A stretch of DNA of 64,000 bases, taken from assembly GCA_963790335.1 (NCBI GenBank), contig CAWBOB010000003.1, forward strand, positions 223,191-287,190, given 5' to 3'. Below are positions 23,433 through 33,247 of the stretch, in pieces. Each line of letters starts with the position of its first letter. Position 1 is the stretch's first letter. The notes beneath the pieces are model-generated. The model was not told the origin of the DNA. It saw nothing but the letters and a program-made list of their open reading frames with translations, and did not search any database. The stretch comes from an uncultured Actinomycetes bacterium. Lineage in GTDB: Bacteria; Actinomycetota; UBA4738; HRBIN12. Made by a program: the position numbers and the translations under genes.

Positions 23433-24214
23433 ACGAGCTGAGGGATCGGGTGCGCGAGCGGTATGCAGCCGCTGCGAACGCCGTGGCGACGGGGCGCGCC
23501 GCCGACGACAACGGGGCCGACATGACCGAGTGCCTCGACGGCTGCGCGCCGGAGCACGGTCTCGGGCTCGCGCTCTACGATGCCGCCTCCCGCGCGGATC
23601 TTCCGCAGGACGCGGTGCTCGCAAGCCTCGGGTGCGGCAACCCGACGGTCATCGCCGAGCTCCACGAGGGTGAGACGGTGCTCGATCTCGGATCGGGGGG
23701 CGGCATCGACGTGCTGCTGTCGGCTCGACGGGTCGGTCCCTCGGGCATGGCGTTCGGCCTGGACATGACCGAGGAGATGCTCGAGCTGGCGCGCGCCAAC
23801 GCTGCGGAGGCAGGGGCGAGCAACGTCGAGTTCCTGCAGGGGTTCATCGAGTCGGTGCCGCTGCCGGACGCGAGCGTCGACGTGGTGATCTCGAATTGCG
23901 TGATCAACCTGTCGACCGACAAGCCACGCGTCATCGACGAGATGTTCCGCGTGGTGCGGCCGGGGGGACGACTCGGCATCAGCGACGTCGTCGCCGACGA
24001 TCGCCTCACGCCCGCGGAACGGTCGGCACGCGGTTCCTACGTCGGCTGTATCGCCGGCGCCCTGTCGTTCTCCGAGTACCGGTCGGAGCTCGCACGCGCG
24101 GGCTTCGTCGACATCGAGGTCGAGCCTACGCACGAGCTCACCGACGGCATCCACAGCGCCATCGTGCGGGGGGCCAAGCCACCCGCGATGACATCGTCCG
24201 AGCGTCTGTCGTGA
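23429..24214 (+). CDS. arsM: Arsenite S-adenosylmethionine methyltransferase
   Basis: RERYAAAA...LGCGNP...VLDLGSGGGID...ISNCVINL...YVGCIAGA: SAM motif plus the three conserved As-binding Cys contexts; ATGA overlap with arsR. Confidence 0.85.
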   Translation: MNELRDRVRERYAAAANAVATGRAADDNGADMTECLDGCAPEHGLGLALYDAASRADLPQDAVLASLGCGNPTVIAELHEGETVLDLGSGGGIDVLLSARRVGPSGMAFGLDMTEEMLELARANAAEAGASNVEFLQGFIESVPLPDASVDVVISNCVINLSTDKPRVIDEMFRVVRPGGRLGISDVVADDRLTPAERSARGSYVGCIAGALSFSEYRSELARAGFVDIEVEPTHELTDGIHSAIVRGAKPPAMTSSERLS

Positions 24215-24651
24215 CGGATCACACGCCGGTGGTGCTCTTCGTGTGCGTGCACAACGCCGGCCGGAGCAAGATGGCGGCCGCGTTCCTCGAGCGGCTCGCG
24301 GGTGGAACCATCGATGTCCGGTCGGCCGGAAGCGCGCCGGCCGACGAGGTCGATCCGACCGTGGTCGAGGCGATGAGCGAGGTCGGTATCGACATCTCGG
24401 CCACTCGCCCCGCCCGTGTGAGCGACGATGCGGTTCGGGCGGCGGACGTGGTGGTCACGATGGGATGCGGTGATGCCTGTCCCGTCTACCCGGGGAGGCG
24501 ATACGAGGATTGGGAGCTCGACGACCCGGCCGGCGCGAGCCTCGACGCGGTGCGCGCGATCCGCGACGAGATCGACCGGCGCGTTCGGGTGCTGGCCGCC
24601 GGCCTCGGGTCCGGCGGATCCGACGTGCGCGAGCCGTCGCCCCTGGGGTAG
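24211..24651 (+). CDS. arsC: Arsenate reductase, LMW-PTPase (thioredoxin/mycoredoxin-type) family
   Basis: VVLFVCVHNAGRS (CX5R P-loop), VVVTMGCGDACP, DWELDDPAG; GTGA overlap with arsM. Confidence 0.82.
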   Translation: MTDHTPVVLFVCVHNAGRSKMAAAFLERLAGGTIDVRSAGSAPADEVDPTVVEAMSEVGIDISATRPARVSDDAVRAADVVVTMGCGDACPVYPGRRYEDWELDDPAGASLDAVRAIRDEIDRRVRVLAAGLGSGGSDVREPSPLG

Positions 24652-24660
24652 CCTCGCTCG

Positions 24661-25986
24661 GTGACGCAGCGGCTGTTCGGCACTGACGGGGTCCGGGGGC
24701 TCGCAGGCACCGATCTGACCGAGGACCTGGCGTATCGGCTGGGGCGTGCCGCCGTGCTCGTGCTCGCACGCGAAGGCGAGACGCCGACGTTCGTCGTCGG
24801 TCGCGATCCGCGGGCATCGGGGGAATGGCTCGAAGACGCGCTCATCGAAGGCATCAGGGAAGCGGGTGCCGACGCCTTCATCGCGGGGGTGGAACCCACG
24901 CCGGCGATCGCCTTCCTCACGGCCGATCTCGGGGCGACGAGCGGCGTCGTGATCTCCGCGTCGCACAACCCGCCGGAGTACAACGGGATCAAGTTCTTCG
25001 ATGCTGCCGGAGCCAAGCTCCACGACGCGATCGAGGATCGCATCGAAGCGGCGCTCGACCGAGAGCCGGCGCCATCGACGCGCGCGGGCGAGACCCGTCC
25101 GATCGGCGACGGTCGCGCCCGGTACCGCGACCATCTGCGATCGGCCGCCGACGGCCGTCTCGACGGCATGCGGGTCGTGGTGGACTGTGCGAACGGTGCC
25201 GCGTGGGAGCTGGCTCCCGCCGTGCTCGAAGATCTCGGAGCCGAGGTGCACGCGATCCACGCCGACCCCGACGGCAAGAACATCAACGACGGCTGTGGGG
25301 CCTTGTACCCGGAGGTCGTCGCCACCGAGGTCGTGCGCCTCGCAGCCGACGCCGGGGTCTCGCTCGACGGCGACGCCGACCGAGCGCTGTTCGCCGACGC
25401 CACCGGGGCGATCGTCGACGGCGACCAGGTGCTCGCTGCCTGTGCCGTGGCGCTCCGCGACCGCGCGCGGCTCACCGGCAACACCGTCGTGACCACGGTG
25501 ATGGCCAACCTCGGCTTCCATCATGCGATGCGGGAGGAAGCGATCGACGTGGTCTCATCGAAGGTCGGTGATCGCTACGTGGTGGAGGACATGCAGCGCA
25601 CGGGAGCCGTCATCGGCGGGGAGCAGTCGGGACACGTGATCTTCGGCGATCTGTCCAAGACCGGCGACGGTGTGCTCACCGCCGTTCGTTTCCTCGCGCT
25701 GGCCGCGGCTACGGAGCGATCGGTCCGCGACCTCGCCTCCGTGATGCATCGATACCCGCAACGCCTGATCAACATCGAGGTCGGGGACCGGTCGATCGCC
25801 GACAGCGGAGCGGTGCGCCGCGCCGTCGCCGATGCGGAGGCGGCGCTCGGCCTCGACGGCAGGGTCCTGGTACGCCCGTCCGGCACGGAGCCGATCGTGC
25901 GGGTGATGGTGGAGGCAGCGACCGAGCAGCTCGCGAGCGAGCACGCCGAGCGCATCGCCACCGCCGTTCGGTCGGCGGCCGGCTGA
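24661..25986 (+). CDS. glmM: Phosphoglucosamine mutase
   Basis: 441 aa, RLFGTDGVRG...VISASHNPPEYNGIKFF (phospho-Ser loop)...DGDADR...GGEQSGH. Confidence 0.95.
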   Translation: MTQRLFGTDGVRGLAGTDLTEDLAYRLGRAAVLVLAREGETPTFVVGRDPRASGEWLEDALIEGIREAGADAFIAGVEPTPAIAFLTADLGATSGVVISASHNPPEYNGIKFFDAAGAKLHDAIEDRIEAALDREPAPSTRAGETRPIGDGRARYRDHLRSAADGRLDGMRVVVDCANGAAWELAPAVLEDLGAEVHAIHADPDGKNINDGCGALYPEVVATEVVRLAADAGVSLDGDADRALFADATGAIVDGDQVLAACAVALRDRARLTGNTVVTTVMANLGFHHAMREEAIDVVSSKVGDRYVVEDMQRTGAVIGGEQSGHVIFGDLSKTGDGVLTAVRFLALAAATERSVRDLASVMHRYPQRLINIEVGDRSIADSGAVRRAVADAEAALGLDGRVLVRPSGTEPIVRVMVEAATEQLASEHAERIATAVRSAAG

Positions 25987-26052
25987 GCAGGTCGGTCTCG
26001 GAAGTCAACCCACCCGGCTTCCTCGGGCGGGCACCACCTGTAGGGTGAAGCC

Positions 26053-27894
26053 ATGTGCGGCATCGTTGCCTATGTCGGACCCGACGAGGCGCTTCCGATC
26101 ATCCTGGAAGGCCTTCGCCGGCTCGAGTATCGCGGTTACGACTCGGCAGGCGTGGCCGTGTCCGACGGAGAGCTGCACGTCGTCAAGCGTGCCGGGAAGC
26201 TCGCCGAGCTCGAGGGCGCGCTCGATGCGACGGCGGTGAGCGAGACGCCGCGCGGCACCGCCGGCATGGGCCACACCCGGTGGGCAACCCATGGGGCGCC
26301 CACCGACCGCAACGCGCATCCGCACCTCGACTGCACGGGCGCCGTCGCCGTGATCCACAACGGCATCATCGAGAACTTCCGGTCGCTGCGTGAGCGGCTC
26401 GACAAGCGTGGCCACACCTTCGCGTCGGAGACCGACACCGAGTGTGTCTCCCACCTGATCGAGGAGATGCTCCGCGAAGCTCGTGGTTCGCTCACCGACG
26501 CCGTGCGTCGCGCCGTGGGTCAGCTCGAGGGCGCCTACTCGCTCGTCGTGTGTGCGGTGAGCGACCCCGACACGCTGGTCGGCGTGAAGGTGTCGTCTCC
26601 GCTGATCGTGGGTGTCGGCGACGGCGAGACGATGCTCGCTTCCGATATCCCCGCGGTACTGCACCGCACGTCGACCGTGATCCCGCTCGACGAGGGCATG
26701 ATCGTCGAGGTTCGCCGAGCGGGCGCGACGTTCAGCGATCTCGAAGGGGCACCGCTCGACCCACGGCCGATCACGGTCGACTGGGACGTCGCGCGCGCCC
26801 AGAAGGGCGGCTACGACACGTTCATGCGCAAGGAGATCGACGAGCAGCCGGCCGCGATCCGGGACACGCTCGTCGGCAGGACCGTCGCCGGACGGCTCGC
26901 ACTCGACGAGCTGCACGTGAGCGACGACACCCTGCGCGAGGTGAGCAAGGTGTTCGTGGTCGCCTGCGGAACCGCCTTCCACTCGGGTCTCGTGGCGAAG
27001 TACGCCATCGAGCACTGGACACGGCTTCCGGTCGAGATCGAGATCGCGAGCGAGTTCCGCTATCGCGACCCCGTGCTGGGTCCCGACACCCTGACGCTCG
27101 CCGTCTCGCAGTCGGGGGAGACGATCGACACCCTCGAGGCGGCGCGGCACGCCCGCCGGCAGGGGTCGCAGGTCATCGCCGTGACCAACACGGTGGGCTC
27201 GTCGCTCGCCCGTGAAGCCGACGGGGTGCTCTACACGCACGCGGGTCCCGAGATCGGTGTCGCCGCGACCAAGACGTTCGCGACGCAGATGGTCTCGCAG
27301 TACCTCGTGGCGCTCTACCTCGCGCAGATCAAGGGCACCAAGTTCCCCGAGGAGATCGCCGAGGTGCTCGCCGACCTCGATGAGCTGCCGGCCCAGGTCG
27401 AGCGCGCCATCGGTCTCGATGCCCAGGTGCTGGAACTCGCCACGCGCTTCCGGGATGCGCGTGACATGTTGTTCATCGGCCGGCACACGGGCTACCCCGC
27501 TGCCCTGGAAGGTGCGCTCAAGCTGAAGGAGCTGAGCTACATGCATGCCGAGGGCCACCCGGCCGGGGAGCTCAAGCATGGGCCGATCGCGTTGATCGAG
27601 GACGGCCTGCCGGTCGTCGCGGTCGCCACGCAGTGCCACGTGTATCCGAAGATGCTCTCGAACATCCAGGAGGTGCGCGCCCGTGGTGCCCGGGTGATCG
27701 CGGTCGCGACCGAGGGCGACGTCGAGATCGGCGAGTTCGCGGACCACGTGCTGGCGGTGCCGGCGACGCCCGAGCTGCTGTCGCCCGTGGTGGTGACGGT
27801 TCCGCTGCAGCTGCTGGCCTACCACGTGGCCACACTGCGCGGGTGCGACGTCGACCAGCCCCGCAACCTCGCGAAGAGCGTCACGGTCGAGTAG
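26053..27894 (+). CDS. glmS: Glutamine--fructose-6-phosphate aminotransferase
   Basis: 613 aa, MCGIVAYVG..., two SIS domains, ends NLAKSVTVE. Confidence 0.96.
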   Translation: MCGIVAYVGPDEALPIILEGLRRLEYRGYDSAGVAVSDGELHVVKRAGKLAELEGALDATAVSETPRGTAGMGHTRWATHGAPTDRNAHPHLDCTGAVAVIHNGIIENFRSLRERLDKRGHTFASETDTECVSHLIEEMLREARGSLTDAVRRAVGQLEGAYSLVVCAVSDPDTLVGVKVSSPLIVGVGDGETMLASDIPAVLHRTSTVIPLDEGMIVEVRRAGATFSDLEGAPLDPRPITVDWDVARAQKGGYDTFMRKEIDEQPAAIRDTLVGRTVAGRLALDELHVSDDTLREVSKVFVVACGTAFHSGLVAKYAIEHWTRLPVEIEIASEFRYRDPVLGPDTLTLAVSQSGETIDTLEAARHARRQGSQVIAVTNTVGSSLAREADGVLYTHAGPEIGVAATKTFATQMVSQYLVALYLAQIKGTKFPEEIAEVLADLDELPAQVERAIGLDAQVLELATRFRDARDMLFIGRHTGYPAALEGALKLKELSYMHAEGHPAGELKHGPIALIEDGLPVVAVATQCHVYPKMLSNIQEVRARGARVIAVATEGDVEIGEFADHVLAVPATPELLSPVVVTVPLQLLAYHVATLRGCDVDQPRNLAKSVTVE

Positions 27895-27952
27895 CTCGCT
27901 CGGGTCCGCGAACGTGCGCCCCAGGCGCCGGACGGGCCTCTAAGCTGGCCCC

Positions 27953-28327
27953 GTGGACATCGTCGGACTGGGGGTCGACATCTGCGAGATCGCGCGCATG
28001 GAGCGAGCGCTCTCCCGCCACCCCACGATGCGCGAGCGCGTGTTCACGCCGTCGGAGATCGCGTACTGCGAATCCAAGGCGCGTCCCGCGGAGTCCTACG
28101 CCGGGCGCTTCGCCGCGCGGGAAGCCACGATCAAGGCGCTCGGCGGCTACCGCGGCAAACGGTGGCTCGACATCAGCGTCGGACGGGCACCGTCGGGAGC
28201 TCCGAGCATCGTGCTCGACGGCCATGCCAAGCTCCGCGCCGATTCGCTCGGCGTGACGCGCGTGCTGGTCACGTTCACCCACGAGAAGACCAACGCCGTG
28301 GCCTTCGCGGTGGCGGTGCGAGCATGA
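27953..28327 (+). CDS. acpS: Holo-[acyl-carrier-protein] synthase
   Basis: 124 aa, IVGLGVDICEIARM...FTPSEIAYC...YAGRFAAREATIKALG; GTG start. Confidence 0.9.
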   Translation: MDIVGLGVDICEIARMERALSRHPTMRERVFTPSEIAYCESKARPAESYAGRFAAREATIKALGGYRGKRWLDISVGRAPSGAPSIVLDGHAKLRADSLGVTRVLVTFTHEKTNAVAFAVAVRA

Positions 28328-28358
28328 TCGCCGGGGTTGCGCCGGTCGCGGGTCGCGC

Positions 28359-29891
28359 GTGAAGCCCGTCCTGACACCGCAGCAAGCCGCCGAGCTCGAC
28401 CACCGGACCCAGGCGCAGGGCGTGCCGGCTTCCCTGCTCATGGAGCGGGCGGGCCGCGCCGTGGCCGACGCGGCCATCGAGCTCGCCGGCGGGGTCTACG
28501 GCAGGCGAGTCGTGGTCTGCTGCGGCGCCGGCAACAACGGTGGTGATGGGTTCGTGGCGGCGAGGCTCCTCTCGCGTGCCGGCATGCGGGTCGACGTGCT
28601 CTGCCCGCAGCCGCCCGGCGTGGCAGGCGCTGGCGGCATCAACGCGGCGCGCCTGGGCGAACAGGGTCTCGACGCTCGCGCCGCGACGCCGTCGGCACTC
28701 ACCCGGGCCCTCTCTCGAGCCGATGTCGCCGTCGACGCGATCTTCGGGACCGGGTTCCGCGGCAGCCCCGATGCAGGGTGGGCGGGGACGATCGCCGCGC
28801 TGAACGCCTCCACGGTGCCCGTCGTGGCGGTGGACATCCCGTCGGGAGTGGACGGTGCGACTGGCGCCGTGCCCGGCGAGGCCGTCTCGGCGACGCTGAC
28901 GATCGCCTTCGGTGCCCTCAAGCTCGGCACGGTCCTCCTGCCCGGTGCAGAACACGCCGGCACCATCCGTGTCGTCGACATCGGCCTGCTCGCTCCCACG
29001 CCGGCCATCGGTCTGACCGAGCCCCACGACGTGGCGGCGGTGCTGCCGGTTCGAGGGGTGCTGACCCACAAGAGGAGCTCGGGAACGCTGCTCGTCATCG
29101 CCGGTTCACGGTCGATGGCCGGCGCTCCCGTCTTGATCGCACGGGCCGCTGGCCGTCTCGGAGCAGGGCTCGTGACCGTGGGGACCGTCAGTGATGCGGT
29201 GCCGACCGTGAGCGTGGGAGCCGTCGAAGCGGTGTTCATGCCGCTCGACCAGACCGATCGTGGAACCATCGGGCGTGGGGCCATCGATGCGCTGCTGCAG
29301 GCAGCCGATGAAGCCGATGCCGTCGCCATCGGCCCCGGGCTTTCGCGGCACGAGGAGACCGCCCAGGTGATCCGCGACGTGGTGGGCCGCAGCTCGACGC
29401 CGCTCGTGCTCGACGCCGACGGTCTGAACGCGTACGAGGGCCGAGCCGGCGGTCTCCGTCAGCGATCGGGAGCGACCGTCATCACGCCGCACGACGGCGA
29501 GTTCGCACGCCTCATGGGCGCTCCCGTCGACGAGGTGGCCATCGATCGCGTCGCGGCGACAGCCGCGATCGCGTCGGCGACCGGAACCGTCGCGTTGCTC
29601 AAAGGTCCGAGGACCGTCGTTGCCGGCGGCGGCGGTCCCATCCGGATCAATGCCAGCGGAAGCGGCGCCCTCGCCACGGCGGGCACGGGTGACGTGCTCA
29701 CGGGCGTCATCGGCGGGCTGCTGGCTCGGGGCCTCGAACCCATCGAGGCCGCCACCGCGGGCGCCTTCGTGCACGGTGTCGCAGGACGGATGACCGGTGA
29801 CGTCCGGGGTGACGGAGCGCTCGCGGGTGACATCGTCGACCGACTCCCCGAGGCGATCCGGTCGGTGACGCAGGCGGGAGCCTCGGCATGA
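28359..29891 (+). CDS. nnr: Bifunctional NAD(P)H-hydrate epimerase / ADP-dependent dehydratase
   Basis: 510 aa. The N-terminal part is YjeF_N (VVCCGAGNNGGDGFVAAR); the C-terminal part is a carbohydrate-kinase-like domain (THKRSSGTLLVIAGS..GAP...GTGDVLTG). Confidence 0.9.
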   Translation: MKPVLTPQQAAELDHRTQAQGVPASLLMERAGRAVADAAIELAGGVYGRRVVVCCGAGNNGGDGFVAARLLSRAGMRVDVLCPQPPGVAGAGGINAARLGEQGLDARAATPSALTRALSRADVAVDAIFGTGFRGSPDAGWAGTIAALNASTVPVVAVDIPSGVDGATGAVPGEAVSATLTIAFGALKLGTVLLPGAEHAGTIRVVDIGLLAPTPAIGLTEPHDVAAVLPVRGVLTHKRSSGTLLVIAGSRSMAGAPVLIARAAGRLGAGLVTVGTVSDAVPTVSVGAVEAVFMPLDQTDRGTIGRGAIDALLQAADEADAVAIGPGLSRHEETAQVIRDVVGRSSTPLVLDADGLNAYEGRAGGLRQRSGATVITPHDGEFARLMGAPVDEVAIDRVAATAAIASATGTVALLKGPRTVVAGGGGPIRINASGSGALATAGTGDVLTGVIGGLLARGLEPIEAATAGAFVHGVAGRMTGDVRGDGALAGDIVDRLPEAIRSVTQAGASA

Positions 29892-31024
29892 CGGAGGCCG
29901 CGGGCTCGAGCCGCCTGCGTCCCACGTGGGTCGATGTCGACCTCGACGCCGTGGCGCACAACGTCGGCGTGCTGTCGTCGTTCGGGAGCGAGCTGATGGC
30001 CGTCGTCAAGGCCGATGCCTATGGACACGGAGGCGTCGCCGTCGCCAAGATCGCGCTGGATGCTGGCGCGACCTGGCTCGGTGTCGCCCTGGTCGAGGAG
30101 GGTCTCGCGCTGCGCGCCGCCGGTATCGAGGCACCGGTGCTCGTGCTCTCGGAATGCCCTGCCGGCTCCGAGATCCTGGCCGTGTCGGCCGGACTCACGC
30201 CCACGGTGTGTTCGGCGCCCGGCGTCGACCGGCTCGCGCAGGTGGCGCGAACCCTGGGCTCCGCGATCCGGGTGCACGTGAAGGTGGACACGGGCATGCA
30301 CCGGATGGGGGTGTGGCCACCGGATGACGTCGTGCCCTTCGTCGACCGGGTCGGGTCGGCCGGACTGGAGCTCGAGGGGGTGTGGACCCATCTGGCGTGT
30401 GCCGATAGCGATGAGGTGACGACGGTTCGCCAGCTGGAGATGTTCTCGCGAGCCGTGGACCTGGTGCGCGGAGCAGGGTTCGTGCCGCGTCTGCTCCACG
30501 CGGCGAACACGGCGGGGGCGATCGGTTTCCCGGCCGCCCGGCTCGACCTCGTGCGGGCCGGCATCGGCATCTACGGCATCGAGCCCGCGCCGGGCATGGG
30601 CGCCGATCTCGGTCTCCGTCCGGCGCTGACGTGGCGTTCGGCGGTGTCGTTCGTGAAGCGTCTCGCAGCAGGCACGCGGTTGTCGTACGGCCATCGGCAC
30701 GAGCTCGCGCACGACGCCTGGGTGGCGACCGTGCCGGTGGGCTACGCCGACGGCTACGCTCGCATGCTGTCGTCCCGCGCCGACGTCTTGATCGGCGGCC
30801 GACGATGCCCGGTGGCAGGGAGCGTGACGATGGACCAGGTGATGGTCGACTGCGGGGAGACGGAGCCGGCGCCAGGGGACGACGTCGTGCTCATCGGCGC
30901 GCAGGGCTCCGAGACGGTGACCGCCTGGGAGCTCGCTTCGCACGCCGGTACCATCGCCTACGAGATGGTGGCTCGCATCGGCGCCCGGGTGCCGCGGCGC
31001 CATATCGGTCGCGGGGCGTCATGA
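29888..31024 (+). CDS. alr: Alanine racemase
   Basis: 378 aa, VVKADAYGHG (PLP-Lys motif), ...YGHRHEL..VPVGYADGY...; ATGA overlap with nnr. Confidence 0.93.
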   Translation: MTEAAGSSRLRPTWVDVDLDAVAHNVGVLSSFGSELMAVVKADAYGHGGVAVAKIALDAGATWLGVALVEEGLALRAAGIEAPVLVLSECPAGSEILAVSAGLTPTVCSAPGVDRLAQVARTLGSAIRVHVKVDTGMHRMGVWPPDDVVPFVDRVGSAGLELEGVWTHLACADSDEVTTVRQLEMFSRAVDLVRGAGFVPRLLHAANTAGAIGFPAARLDLVRAGIGIYGIEPAPGMGADLGLRPALTWRSAVSFVKRLAAGTRLSYGHRHELAHDAWVATVPVGYADGYARMLSSRADVLIGGRRCPVAGSVTMDQVMVDCGETEPAPGDDVVLIGAQGSETVTAWELASHAGTIAYEMVARIGARVPRRHIGRGAS

Positions 31025-32094
31025 GGAAGCGCACCGCGCTGATCGCAGGAGGGGTCGCGGGAGGCGTCGCCCTCGGCGCGGTCGCGAGCGCCGTCGGCCG
31101 CACGGTGTCGCGCCGCCGGCACGAGCACGCGGAACCCTCAGGCCCGTGGTGGGATCTGCCGCCCGACGATCTCGGCCCGGTGCCTTCGTTCGACGGCACC
31201 CGGCTGGCGGTCAGGGCAGCGGGCGATCCCGCCGCTCCCATGATCCTCTTCGTGCACGGATTCAGCCTCGACATGACCACGTGGCGCGAGCAGTGGACCG
31301 ATCTGTCGGCGGATCATCGATGCGTGCTGATGGATCACCGGGGGCACGGCGCGAGCGAGCATCCCGCCAGTGGCGATCTGTCGGTGCGATCGATGGGTCG
31401 TGACATCGCGGCCGTGATCGACGCGGTGGCGCCCGGCCGCACGGTGGTGATCGTCGGACACAGCATGGGCGCGATCGCGGCGCTGGCGATGGCCGAGGTC
31501 CGCCCCGACGTGATGGCAACCTCGGTGGCGGGGCTCGTGCTCGTGGGGGCGTCCGCATCGGAGCTGGTCCGTGGCGCGATGGGGTCGATCACCGACCTCG
31601 TGCGCCCGCGCCTCGGCTCACTGACCTCGGCGGCCCGCCGCGTCGACCGATTGCGCAAGGCCGTCCTCGCGAGCCCCACGGATCTGCGTGGAGCGGTCGT
31701 GCGCCTCACCCAGCTCGGTCCCGACGCGCCGCGCGACGTCGTCGAGCACGTCGTACGGCTCGCGGAACGCGCCTCCTCGGAGGTGTGGATCGAAGGCCTC
31801 GCACAGCTGCTCGAGACGGATCTGCGCCACGTGCTCACGCGGGCAACCATGCCGGCGCTCGTCATCGTGGGCGAGCACGACCGCGTCACACCACCGGCCA
31901 GCGGCGTGCAGCTCGCTGCGGCGCTCCCTGCGGGCAGGTTCGTGCTGGCCGAGGGGGCAGGCCACATCGCCATGATGGAGCTCCCGGCGATGGTGGACCG
32001 GGAGATCCGGGCGTTCGTGCGTTCCCTGGCGCCGGCGAACCACCCCGTTCGACGGACCCGGCGGTCCCCGACGAACGCGCTGGGAAAGCGATGA
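31021..32094 (+). CDS. Membrane-anchored alpha/beta hydrolase
   Basis: N-terminal TM helix ALIAGGVAGGVALGAVASAV, then ILFVHGFSLD...VIVGHSMGA (GxSxG)...GAGHIAM. ATG 31021 overlaps the alr stop; listed ORF start 30631 lies inside alr. Confidence 0.85.
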   Translation: MRKRTALIAGGVAGGVALGAVASAVGRTVSRRRHEHAEPSGPWWDLPPDDLGPVPSFDGTRLAVRAAGDPAAPMILFVHGFSLDMTTWREQWTDLSADHRCVLMDHRGHGASEHPASGDLSVRSMGRDIAAVIDAVAPGRTVVIVGHSMGAIAALAMAEVRPDVMATSVAGLVLVGASASELVRGAMGSITDLVRPRLGSLTSAARRVDRLRKAVLASPTDLRGAVVRLTQLGPDAPRDVVEHVVRLAERASSEVWIEGLAQLLETDLRHVLTRATMPALVIVGEHDRVTPPASGVQLAAALPAGRFVLAEGAGHIAMMELPAMVDREIRAFVRSLAPANHPVRRTRRSPTNALGKR

Positions 32095-32750
32095 CCACCA
32101 GCCTCGCCCAGGTGGCGGAGCAGGCATCGGGATGCACCAAGTGCCGGCTGGCGCAGGGCCGTACGCAGGTCGTGTTCGGCGTCGGCGCGCCGGACGCCGA
32201 TCTCGTCTTCATCGGTGAGGGACCCGGCTTCCACGAGGACAGGCAGGGCGAGCCCTTCGTGGGTGCCGCGGGGCAACTCCTCACCCGCATGCTCGAGGGG
32301 ATCGCGCTCCGCCGCGACCAGGTGTACATCTGCAATGTCGTCAAGTGCCGCCCCCCAGGCAACCGCGACCCCCGGGCCGACGAGATCGACGCGTGCACCC
32401 CGTGGCTCGTCGAGCAGCTCTCGCTGATCCAACCTCGGGTGATCGTGACCCTCGGCAACTTCGCGACCCGGTTCGTGCTCGACACCCCGTCGGGCATCAC
32501 CAGGATGCGGGGGCGGATCCACGACTGGCACGGGCGCACCGTGATCCCGACCTTCCACCCTGCGGCGATCCTGCACGGGGGTGGCGAGCGCTCTCGCCAG
32601 TTCGAGCTGCTCCGAGACGACTTCCAGCTCATCCGCCGAACGCTCGACGAGGCGCCGGCCGAGGGACCTGGCGCCGAGGTGCCCGGTGCGGCCCCCGCTA
32701 GCGACGCGGCGATCGCCGTTCCCGACCTCGATCAGCTGGAGCTCTTCTGA
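32091..32750 (+). CDS. Uracil-DNA glycosylase, family 4
   Basis: GCTKCRLAQGRTQVVFGVG...FIGEGPGFHEDRQGEPFVGAAGQLL...KCRPPGNRDP...HPAAIL; ATGA overlap with the hydrolase. Confidence 0.88.
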   Translation: MTTSLAQVAEQASGCTKCRLAQGRTQVVFGVGAPDADLVFIGEGPGFHEDRQGEPFVGAAGQLLTRMLEGIALRRDQVYICNVVKCRPPGNRDPRADEIDACTPWLVEQLSLIQPRVIVTLGNFATRFVLDTPSGITRMRGRIHDWHGRTVIPTFHPAAILHGGGERSRQFELLRDDFQLIRRTLDEAPAEGPGAEVPGAAPASDAAIAVPDLDQLELF

Positions 32751-32752
32751 CG

Positions 32753-33247
32753 GTGGGCATCAGGGTCCGCACGACCTCGGCGGAGGAGACGCGTGAAGTT
32801 GGGGAAGCTCTGGCGGCGCTGCTCCGGGCCCGCGACGCCGTCGTGCTCACCGGCGAGCTCGGCGCCGGCAAGACGACGTTCGTGCAAGGCGTCGCGCGAG
32901 GCCTGGGCATCGAGGATCAGGTCGCCTCGCCGACGTTCACCCTCATCAAGGAGTACTCCGGCATCCTCGATCTCGCGCACGTCGACGTGTACCGGCTCGA
33001 TCGGGTGCAGCAGGTCGTCGACCTCGGGCTCGAGGAGCTCGGCGGCGGCGAGGACGTGCTCCTCGTCGAATGGGGTGACACGATCGAGGAGCTGCTGCCC
33101 GACGATCGCTTGCGGGTCGAGTTCATGACCGACGATGCGGCGGGGGAAAGCGTGCGCACGATCTCGATCGCCTCGGCCGGCGCTGGATGGGGCGACCGGT
33201 TCGCCGAGCTCGAAGCCGCCCTGCTTCCATGGACGGGACCGACATGA
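32753..33247 (+). CDS. tsaE: tRNA t6A37 biosynthesis ATPase TsaE
   Basis: 164 aa, VLTGELGAGKTTFVQGVARGLG...SPTFTLIKEY...HVDVYRL. Confidence 0.9.
   Translation: MGIRVRTTSAEETREVGEALAALLRARDAVVLTGELGAGKTTFVQGVARGLGIEDQVASPTFTLIKEYSGILDLAHVDVYRLDRVQQVVDLGLEELGGGEDVLLVEWGDTIEELLPDDRLRVEFMTDDAAGESVRTISIASAGAGWGDRFAELEAALLPWTGPT

Noticed and set aside
22932-23624. The listed 330-aa minus-strand ORF 22632-23624
   Set aside because: Its upstream two-thirds runs antisense through arsR and arsM and is Arg/Pro-rich. Only the last 99 codons (22632-22931) look like a real gene.
25987-26052. glmS ribozyme upstream of glmS
   Set aside because: The spacer is only 66 nt, far shorter than the ribozyme of about 170 nt, and the conserved core sequences are absent.
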